The notes under the pieces were generated by a model. The model was not told the origin of the DNA, did not search any database, and saw only the letters and a list, made by a program, of their open reading frames with translations. A stretch of 64,000 bases of DNA from Acidobacteriota bacterium (GTDB lineage Bacteria > Acidobacteriota > Vicinamibacteria > Vicinamibacterales > SCN-69-37), in contig JBDTNQ010000008.1 in NCBI GenBank assembly GCA_039933635.1, positions 2,411 through 66,410 of the forward strand, given 5' to 3'. The translations under genes and the position numbers were made by a program. How positions within the stretch are numbered: the stretch's first letter is position 1; every line of letters starts with the position of its first letter. This document shows, one piece after another, positions 57,134 through 64,000 of the stretch.

Positions 57134-58543
57134 GTGCCGATGCCGCATTTGTCGCGACGCGCGTTCATGCGTACGGCCGCGCTGACCCTTGGCGGCGCGG
57201 CCCTGGCACCGTTGGAGGGGCTGGCGCGCGGGGAGGCCGGCTGGGCGCAGGCGGCGGCGATTGTCGCGCGGATCAAAGTCCCAACCTTCCCGAACCGCGA
57301 GTTCAACATCACGCGGTACGGGGCCAGGGCGGCCGATGTCGGCGACTCGACGGCGGCCATCCGGTCGGCCATCGATGCCTGTGCGCGCGCCGGTGGCGGC
57401 CGCGTGCGCGTGCCGGCCGGCCGATTTCTCACCGGGCCGTTGCACTTGCTGAGCGGGGTCAATCTGCACCTCGACGCGGGCTCGACGCTCGCGTTCGTGC
57501 AGGACCCGCGCGCGTATCTGCCACACGTGCTCACGCGCTTCGAAGGCGTGGAACTCATGAACTACTCGCCGTTCATCTACGCGTACGGCAAGTCCAACAT
57601 CGCCGTGACGGGACAGGGCACCCTTGACGGCCAGGCGAGCGCGGACGTCTGGTGGCCGTGGAAGGGCGGTGGATCGGGGCCGAATCAAACCGCTGCCCGG
57701 GCGCGCCTGCTGGAGATGGCGGCCAAGGGCGTCCCGCCGCGCGAGCGCGTCTTTGGCGAAGGCGGGTACATGCGCCCGAACTTCGTCCAGCCCTACAAGT
57801 GCCGTAACGTGCTCATCGAGGGCATCACGATCGTGAACTCGCCGATGTGGGAGATTCACCCGGTGCTGTCGTCGAACGTGACGGTGCGTGGCGTGACGGT
57901 CAGCAGCCACGGGCCCAACAACGACGGCTGCAATCCCGAGTCGTCGCGTGACGTGCTGATCGAACGCTGCACATTCGACACAGGCGACGATTGCATCGCG
58001 TTGAAGTCCGGCCGCAACGACGACGGTCGGCGATTGCACACTCCGGTGCAGGACGTGGTCATCCGGGACTGCGTCATGAAGGACGGGCACGGCGGTGTCG
58101 TGATCGGCAGCGAGGTGTCAGGTGGGGCGCGCCGGATCTTCGCAGAGCGGTGCCGTATGGACAGCCCACGGCTGGATCGGGTGCTGCGATTCAAGACGAA
58201 CTCGGTGCGCGGTGGGGTCATCGAGCAGGTTTACATGCGCGACATCACCGTCGGTCAGGTCGCCGAGGCCATCGTCGTGGCGGACTTCTTCTACGAAGAG
58301 GGGGACAGTGGACGGTTTCCGCCGACCTTGCGGGACGTCGACGTGCGCCGGGTCACGAGCCGCCAGAGCCGATACGGGCTGCTGCTGCGCGGGTATCCGC
58401 ACGCGCCGATCACCCGGCTGCGCGTGGAGGACTGCACGTTCGACGGCGTGCGGGAGGGGGACCGCATCGAAGCGGTTCGATCCCTCGAAATCATCAATGT
58501 GCGCGTGAACGGGATCCTCCGGAACGAACGCGTCACGAAGTAG
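57134..58543 (+). CDS. glycoside hydrolase family 28 (polygalacturonase), Tat-exported
   Basis: 469 aa. Twin-arginine signal SRRAFMRTAALTLGGAALA. GH28 catalytic blocks NSPMW, GPNNDGCNPES, GDDCIALKSG, GHGGVVIGSE and RFK. Confidence 0.88.
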   Translation: MPMPHLSRRAFMRTAALTLGGAALAPLEGLARGEAGWAQAAAIVARIKVPTFPNREFNITRYGARAADVGDSTAAIRSAIDACARAGGGRVRVPAGRFLTGPLHLLSGVNLHLDAGSTLAFVQDPRAYLPHVLTRFEGVELMNYSPFIYAYGKSNIAVTGQGTLDGQASADVWWPWKGGGSGPNQTAARARLLEMAAKGVPPRERVFGEGGYMRPNFVQPYKCRNVLIEGITIVNSPMWEIHPVLSSNVTVRGVTVSSHGPNNDGCNPESSRDVLIERCTFDTGDDCIALKSGRNDDGRRLHTPVQDVVIRDCVMKDGHGGVVIGSEVSGGARRIFAERCRMDSPRLDRVLRFKTNSVRGGVIEQVYMRDITVGQVAEAIVVADFFYEEGDSGRFPPTLRDVDVRRVTSRQSRYGLLLRGYPHAPITRLRVEDCTFDGVREGDRIEAVRSLEIINVRVNGILRNERVTK

Positions 58544-58575
58544 CAGTGTGCGGCTGGCCTATAATTCAGGAAGGC

Positions 58576-59394
58576 ATGACGAAGATCGACGCGGTCCCGG
58601 AACCCCGCAAGCAGCATCGGATCCCAGAGGGGGGAACCCAGCACGTGGTCACCCACGTGCGAGCCCTCATCGACACGGGCTCCCTGCACCCCGGGGATCG
58701 GCTGCCTGCCGAGCGTGATCTCGCCCGACAGATTGGGGTCAGCCGTCCCACGGTGCGGGCGGGACTGCGCGCGCTTGCGGCGATGGGCGTCGTGCAGTCG
58801 CGGCACGGATCGGGCACCTACATTCCGGACGGCCCGCCGATGCTCGGGAGCGAGCCGCTGAGCTTTCTGGCGGCGCTCCACGGGTTCACGCGCGAGGACA
58901 TGTACGAGGCGCGACGCACGCTCGAAGTGGGCGCTGTGGGGCTTGCCGCCGAGCGCGCGACGCCCGAGCAACTTGCGTCGATGGCCGAGGAGGTCGCGAA
59001 CCTCTTTGCCTCGATGGGCGATCCGCTGAAGTTCCTGGTTCACGACATCACGTTCCATCGCACGGCGGCGACCGCATCGGGCAACCAGATCATCGCGACG
59101 CTCGTGGAGATGGTATCGGCGTTGTACTACGAGCGGCGTCGGGTTACTGCGATTCATGCGGCGGAGACCGATCTGCGGGACGCGGCTGAAATGCATCGTC
59201 GGATCTTCCAGGCGATTCGGGCGCGCGATCCGGAAGAAGCGAGGCGCCTCATGCACGCGCACCTGTTGCAGGCCAGCGCGCATCAGGCGCGCGAGGAAGA
59301 TCAAGGTCCGCCCCAGGCCGGCGCGCCCGCAGTCGACGCGCCGCCGCCCGATCCCCTGTCGCCGGCGCCAGGCCGTCCCCGGAGTTCTCATTGA
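58576..59394 (+). CDS. GntR/FadR-family transcriptional regulator
   Basis: 272-aa tail of ORF 57991..59394. wHTH LPAERDLARQIGVSRPTVRAGLRALAAMGVV plus an FCD domain. AGGAAGG RBS. Confidence 0.85.
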   Translation: MTKIDAVPEPRKQHRIPEGGTQHVVTHVRALIDTGSLHPGDRLPAERDLARQIGVSRPTVRAGLRALAAMGVVQSRHGSGTYIPDGPPMLGSEPLSFLAALHGFTREDMYEARRTLEVGAVGLAAERATPEQLASMAEEVANLFASMGDPLKFLVHDITFHRTAATASGNQIIATLVEMVSALYYERRRVTAIHAAETDLRDAAEMHRRIFQAIRARDPEEARRLMHAHLLQASAHQAREEDQGPPQAGAPAVDAPPPDPLSPAPGRPRSSH

Positions 59395-60164
59395 AGCGTT
59401 CGTTGTTTGATTTGTCTGGCCGCGTCGCGGTCGTCGTTGGTGGCACAAGCGGGATTGGACGGGCCTTGGCCCTGGGGCTCGCCGACGCCGGCGCCGATGT
59501 CGTGGCCACGGGACGGCGGGAAGATCTGGTCAGGGAGGTTGCCAGCGAGATCGAGAAGCGCGGCCGCCGATCGCTTCCGATGGCCTGCGACGTGGAGGAC
59601 CTGGCGTCGCTCGAGCGCCTTCGTGACACCTGCGTCTCAACACTGGGTGGCGTGGATATCCTGATCGCCGCGGCCGGACGCACGCAGCGTGTGGCCAGCA
59701 TGAAGCAGACGGACGAGGAGTGGGCACGGATCATCGACACGAATCTCAACGGCGTGTTCCGCACGTGCCGGGTGTTCGCCGCGCCGATGATCGCCAGCGG
59801 GCGCGGGCGCATCATCACGATCGCGTCGCTCTCGTCCTTCGTGGGTCTGTTCGAGGTCGCGGCGTACACGGCGAGCAAGGCCGGCGTCATGGGCCTGACC
59901 AAGGCGCTGGCGGTGGAGTGGGCGAAGCACGGCGTCAACGTCAACGCCATCGCGCCCGGCCTGTTCAAGACGGACCTCAACCGCGCGCTGCTCGAGTCGC
60001 CGCGCGGACAGGAGTTCCTGATCCGCACCCCGATGGGCCGTTTCGGCCAGTTCGAGGAACTGGTCGGCGCCGCGGTGTTCCTGGCCTCGGAGGCTTCGGC
60101 CTTCGTGACCGGGCAGATTCTGGCCGTCGACGGCGGCTTCCTCGCGAGTGGCGTGAACCAATGA
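59391..60164 (+). CDS. SDR-family oxidoreductase (KduD / gluconate 5-dehydrogenase-like)
   Basis: 257 aa. VVGGTSGIGRALA and YTASKAG, plus the C-terminal GQILAVDGG. TTGA overlap with the regulator gene. Confidence 0.8.
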   Translation: MKRSLFDLSGRVAVVVGGTSGIGRALALGLADAGADVVATGRREDLVREVASEIEKRGRRSLPMACDVEDLASLERLRDTCVSTLGGVDILIAAAGRTQRVASMKQTDEEWARIIDTNLNGVFRTCRVFAAPMIASGRGRIITIASLSSFVGLFEVAAYTASKAGVMGLTKALAVEWAKHGVNVNAIAPGLFKTDLNRALLESPRGQEFLIRTPMGRFGQFEELVGAAVFLASEASAFVTGQILAVDGGFLASGVNQ

Positions 60165-60496
60165 AGGCGGCGCTGGTCATCAGTGACCGCGACAACGTCG
60201 CGACGGCGCTCGAGCTGCTCGTGGCCGGCCGAGACGTCGAGCTCATGGGCCACCATATCGTCGTATCGGAGGCCATCGTGCCCGGCCACAAGTTCGCCCT
60301 GACCGCCATTCCGGCTGGGGGCTCGATCGTGAAGTACGGCAGCCGCATCGGGACCGCGTCGCGTGACATTCCCGCGGGTGCGCACGTTCACGTCCACAAC
60401 GTCACGAGCGATCGGGGGCGGGGCGATCTGGTTGGTGATGGCCTCGCGCGGCTCGCCGAGCCCGACGCGCTCGTCCCCGCAAATCCGCAGGGATGA
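60161..60496 (+). CDS. uxaA: UxaA-family (altronate/galactarate dehydratase) N-terminal SAF-domain subunit
   Basis: 111 aa. DNVATAL..GHKFAL..I.KYG..IG.A...I..G.HVH.HN is the UxaA N-terminal pattern. ATGA overlaps on both sides. Confidence 0.8.
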   Translation: MKAALVISDRDNVATALELLVAGRDVELMGHHIVVSEAIVPGHKFALTAIPAGGSIVKYGSRIGTASRDIPAGAHVHVHNVTSDRGRGDLVGDGLARLAEPDALVPANPQG

Positions 60497-61668
60497 CCGA
60501 CCGCCCCGGTTTCTTCGGCTACAAGAGACCGGATGGCCGGGCCGGCACGCGTAATTACGTGCTGGTCGTGCCGACGGTCGTCTGTTCGTCCGTCGTCTGC
60601 GAGCGCATCACGGAAGTCGCGCCAGATGCCGTCGTGGCCCTGCCGCACCTGGCCGGTTGCGGACAGCTCGGTCCGGACATGCGACTCACGCACGAAACGC
60701 TCGCGGCGTATTGCCGTCATCCGAACGTCGGAGCGGTGCTGGTCGTAGCCCTGGGCTGCGAACAGGTGATCGCGCAGATGCTCGCCGAAGCCGCGCGCGA
60801 CTCCGGCAAGCCGGCGGAGATCATTGCGATTCAGGAGATCGGCGGGACCGTTCGCACCATCGCCCGCGGGCGCGAGATCGCGGCGAGGCTGGCGGACGAA
60901 CTACGGGGCGTCTCGCGCGAGTGGTGCGACATCAGCCAACTCGTCCTGTCACTGAAGTGCGGCGGGTCCGACTACACGTCGGGTCTCGCGTCGAATCCGG
61001 CTCTTGGGCGCGCGGCGGATCGTCTCGTCGATCTCGGAGGCGCGGCGGTCCTCGGAGAGATCGCGGAGATCATGGGCGCTGAACATCTGCTGGCGGCGCG
61101 CGCGTCGCGTCCCGACGTGGGGCAAAAGTTGCTGCGCGTCATCAACCGGGTCGAAGCGGAGACCATGGCCCTGGGTCTGGACATCCGCGGCACGCAGCCG
61201 TCGCCCGGCAACATCCGAGGCGGGCTCACGACGATCGAGGAAAAGTCCCTCGGCGCCACGCACAAGGGCGGTGAGCGCACGCCGCTCGTCGACGTCGTGC
61301 CGTATGCGGGACGGGTCTCGAAGCCGGGCCTGACGGTGATGGACACGCCTGGGCTCGACGTCGAGTCGGTCACGGGCATGGTCGGGGGCGGCGCACAGGT
61401 CGTGGTCTTCACGACCGGTCTTGGCACACCGACCGGCAATCCGATCGCGCCGGTGATGAAGATTACCGGCAACGCACGCACCGCGCAGCAGATGGCTGAC
61501 AACATCGATCTCGATGTGAGCGGTGTCATCCAGGACACGGAAACGCTGGAGGGCGCCGCGGAGCGGTTGTTCGCCGCGGTTCTGGCCGTCGCGTCCGGCC
61601 GGCCGGTCGCGGCCGAAGTCCTCCGCCACCGCGAGTTCGCCATCCATCGCCGCAATCCCACAATCTGA
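60493..61668 (+). CDS. uxaA: UxaA-family dehydratase large (C-terminal) subunit
   Basis: 391 aa. FGYKRPDGRAGTRNYV, LKCGGSDYTSG and VVFTTGLGTPTGNPIAPVMKITGN blocks. Confidence 0.85.
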   Translation: MTDRPGFFGYKRPDGRAGTRNYVLVVPTVVCSSVVCERITEVAPDAVVALPHLAGCGQLGPDMRLTHETLAAYCRHPNVGAVLVVALGCEQVIAQMLAEAARDSGKPAEIIAIQEIGGTVRTIARGREIAARLADELRGVSREWCDISQLVLSLKCGGSDYTSGLASNPALGRAADRLVDLGGAAVLGEIAEIMGAEHLLAARASRPDVGQKLLRVINRVEAETMALGLDIRGTQPSPGNIRGGLTTIEEKSLGATHKGGERTPLVDVVPYAGRVSKPGLTVMDTPGLDVESVTGMVGGGAQVVVFTTGLGTPTGNPIAPVMKITGNARTAQQMADNIDLDVSGVIQDTETLEGAAERLFAAVLAVASGRPVAAEVLRHREFAIHRRNPTI

Positions 61669-61817
61669 CGCGTCGGGTGTCCGACCGCTTCGTGCGCCGT
61701 GGACCGGACGGTTCAGGGCAGTTGCGTGTTCTATGCGAGAATGCGTGGGTTTCTCAACGCAGTTGAACCAGGTCCAGGCGCGCGGAGGCGCACGCGACTG
61801 GGCGGAGGACATGCACG

Positions 61818-63143
61818 ATGGAGTTGTCGCACGCGCCATCCCGCACGGGCTATTTCCGCTGGGTCATCTGCGGGCTGCTGTTCCTTGCGTCGACGGTCAA
61901 CTACGTCGATCGGCAGGTCATCGGCATCCTCAAGCCGACGCTGCAACACGAGTTCGCGTGGACGGAGACCGACTACGCCAACATCATCTTCGCGTTTCAG
62001 CTGGCGTACGCCGTTGGGTTCGTGTTTGCGGGACGCGTCATTGACTGGCTGGGCACCAAGCGCGGGTTTACCGTGGCGATCATCATCTGGAGTGTGGCCG
62101 CGATCGGCCATGCGGAAGCGCCCGCGGTCGGTGCTGGCCTGGCGCCGATCGTGGCCTTCTTCGGCGCCGGGTTCTCGACGTCGGTCATCGGATTCGCCGC
62201 GATGCGCCTCCTGCTGGGCCTGGGAGAGGCCGGCAATTTTCCGGCATCGATCAAGACCGTGGCCGAGTGGTTTCCACGCAGTGAGCGCGCGTTCGCGACG
62301 GGTATCTTCAATTCGGGCACGAACATCGGCGCGCTCCTCACGCCGCTCGTGGTCCCGTACATCACGGTCACCTACGGTTGGTACTGGGCCTTCATCATCA
62401 CGGGCGTCATCGGGTTCGTGTGGCTGGCCTTGTGGCTGGTGATCTATGCGCCCGCCGCCAGTCATCCACGGCTCTCCACCGCGGAGCGCGCCTACATCAC
62501 GGACGGCCACGAGGAGTTGTCGCGGCCGATGCCGTGGCGCAAGGTCGTGCCCCATCGCCAGGCATGGGCGTTTGCGGCGGGTAAGTTCCTCACCGACCCG
62601 GTCTGGTGGCTGTATCTCTTCTGGATTCCGGACTTCCTCAATCGTAACTACGGGGTGAACCTCACACAGATGGGACCACCGCTCGTCGCGATCTATCTGC
62701 TCGCCGATGTCGGGAGCATCGGCGGCGGGTGGTTCTCCTCGTGGCTCATTGGCCGCGGTTGGACCGTCAACGCCGCGCGCAAGACCGCGATGTTGACAAT
62801 GGCGCTCCTCGTGACGCCGATCGTGTTTGCGTCGAGCGTCCAGAACCTGTGGGTGGCGGTCGCGCTCGTCGGACTTGCCGCCGCGGCCCATCAGGGCTGG
62901 TCGGCGAACCTCTTCACGCTCACGTCGGACACGTTTCCAAAATCCGCGGTCGGATCGGTCGTGGGTTTCGGCGGCATGTGGGGCGCCATCGGCGGCATGC
63001 TGATCTCGAAGGTCACCGGCTACATTCTCGATACCTCAGGCAGTTACCTGCCCGTGTTCATCATGGCCGGTGGCATGTATCTTTTTGCCCTACTCGTGAT
63101 TCACCTGCTGGCGCCGAAGCTGGAGCCGGTGAAGTTGGACTAG
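61818..63143 (+). CDS. exuT: MFS hexuronate transporter (ACS family, ExuT-like)
   Basis: 441 aa, ~12 TM helices. Aligns by eye with ExuT blocks (NYVDRQ.., LLGLGEAGNFPASIKTVAEWFP..ER, FNSGTNIGA). Confidence 0.85.
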   Translation: MELSHAPSRTGYFRWVICGLLFLASTVNYVDRQVIGILKPTLQHEFAWTETDYANIIFAFQLAYAVGFVFAGRVIDWLGTKRGFTVAIIIWSVAAIGHAEAPAVGAGLAPIVAFFGAGFSTSVIGFAAMRLLLGLGEAGNFPASIKTVAEWFPRSERAFATGIFNSGTNIGALLTPLVVPYITVTYGWYWAFIITGVIGFVWLALWLVIYAPAASHPRLSTAERAYITDGHEELSRPMPWRKVVPHRQAWAFAAGKFLTDPVWWLYLFWIPDFLNRNYGVNLTQMGPPLVAIYLLADVGSIGGGWFSSWLIGRGWTVNAARKTAMLTMALLVTPIVFASSVQNLWVAVALVGLAAAAHQGWSANLFTLTSDTFPKSAVGSVVGFGGMWGAIGGMLISKVTGYILDTSGSYLPVFIMAGGMYLFALLVIHLLAPKLEPVKLD

Positions 63144-64000
63144 TGCTGAAGCGCGCGGCCCTTTTGATCGCGTGCGTCGCGTTGTCGAGCGGCGCGTCGC
63201 TGGCGCAAGTGGCGCCGCACCCGACGCGCATTGTCCTGGTTGGCGATTCCACGGTCACAGACGACTCCGGCTGGGGGCTCGGCTTCAAGCAGATGGTGCG
63301 GGCCGGCGTGATCGTCCTGAACACGGCGGCGAATGGGCGCAGTTCGAAGAGCTACATCGATGAGGGGCGTTGGCAGGCGGCCCTCGCGATGCGCGGCGAC
63401 TACTATCTGATTCAGTTTGGGCACAACGACGAGCCGGGTAAGGGACCGGAGCGCGAGACGGACCCCTCGACGACGTACGCGGCCAATCTGCAACGCTACG
63501 TTGACGAGGTCCGTGCGCAGGGCGCGACGCCAATTGTCGTGACCTCCCTCGTCCGGCGCCTGTTCGAGCCGGGTTCGTCCCGTGTGCGGTCGACCCAGAC
63601 GGCCTACGTTCAGGCCGCGCGGCGTGTGGCTGCGGAGAACCACGTGCCGTTGATTGATCTGTTTGCGCGCAGCAGCGTGATCGCGGAGCGCCTGGGCCAA
63701 AGACGGCTTGAATCGTTCAGTGCGAGACAGGCGGACGGAACGGTCGACACAACGCACCTGAACGGGGCCGGCAGCCTGCTGTTCGGTCGACTCGTTGCGG
63801 AGGATCTTGCCGGGATCGTTCCGCAACTCGCGGGCGTCATCTTGAAAGACCCGCGACCTGCGTCGGCTGTCGCGATCGAACACCCGCCTGACGCGATCGT
63901 CTCTCCGAGCGGGCCCGCCACCTACAAGACTGTGCAGGAGGCCATCGACGCACTCCCGCAGACGACGACCGCCGATCGGCGGTGGGTGATCCTCGTGCTG
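63143..64000 (+). CDS. secreted SGNH/CE12 rhamnogalacturonan-acetylesterase-like domain fused to CE8 pectinesterase (3' end cut by window edge)
   Basis: Not in the ORF track because it is open to the window end. I translated it by hand from GTG at 63143 and found no stop in 286 codons. Signal peptide LLIACVALSSGASLAQ. SGNH blocks VLVGDST, FGHND and DTTHLN. From ~63880 it continues with AIVSPSGPATYKTVQEAIDALP, the typical N-terminal motif of pectin methylesterases. Confidence 0.75.
   Translation, partial: MLKRAALLIACVALSSGASLAQVAPHPTRIVLVGDSTVTDDSGWGLGFKQMVRAGVIVLNTAANGRSSKSYIDEGRWQAALAMRGDYYLIQFGHNDEPGKGPERETDPSTTYAANLQRYVDEVRAQGATPIVVTSLVRRLFEPGSSRVRSTQTAYVQAARRVAAENHVPLIDLFARSSVIAERLGQRRLESFSARQADGTVDTTHLNGAGSLLFGRLVAEDLAGIVPQLAGVILKDPRPASAVAIEHPPDAIVSPSGPATYKTVQEAIDALPQTTTADRRWVILVL

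Overview
High-GC (roughly two-thirds G+C by eye) bacterial chromosomal segment. The gene content suggests an Acidobacteriota-like Gram-negative, but this is an inference, not a database result. It rests on BshC, HrcA/CIRCE, a TonB-dependent receptor with a carboxypeptidase-regulatory-like N-domain, frequent GTG/TTG starts and 4-nt ATGA/GTGA gene overlaps.

I can support about 58 CDS. Almost all are conserved housekeeping genes in familiar synteny:
- ubiX-ubiE, miaA, deoB and dgt
- yceD-rpmF-plsX-fabG-acpP-fabF
- leuS-lptE-holA, rpsT and alaS-recX
- ilvE and rsmE
- hrcA-grpE-dnaJ-prmA
- a PBP1A gene, bshC, carA-carB, arfB, comEC, mazG, ribF and cysS

The last ~11 kb (53.3-64.0 kb) is the only clearly accessory-type region. 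It is a pectin/hexuronate utilisation locus:
- enolase-type ManD
- kdgK-eda plus a KduI/IolB-like cupin
- a Tat-exported GH28
- a GntR/FadR regulator and a KduD-like SDR
- a split UxaA and ExuT
- a CE12-CE8 fusion cut by the window edge

I found no rRNA, tRNA, CRISPR, transposase, integrase or phage genes. I also found no unexplained stretch longer than ~270 nt.

Many long ORFs in the track are antisense or out-of-frame artefacts of the high GC content. They are listed under rejected items.

I do not see convincing evidence of a novel multi-gene system. The most unusual observations are:
- families of short 7-8 nt tandem or dispersed repeats confined to intergenic spacers
- a translationally coupled ArgH-like lyase and sulfotransferase pair
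- a consensus sigma-54 element directly upstream of a PilZ-domain gene
- a CIRCE-controlled hrcA-grpE-dnaJ-prmA operon lacking dnaK
- several details of the pectin locus
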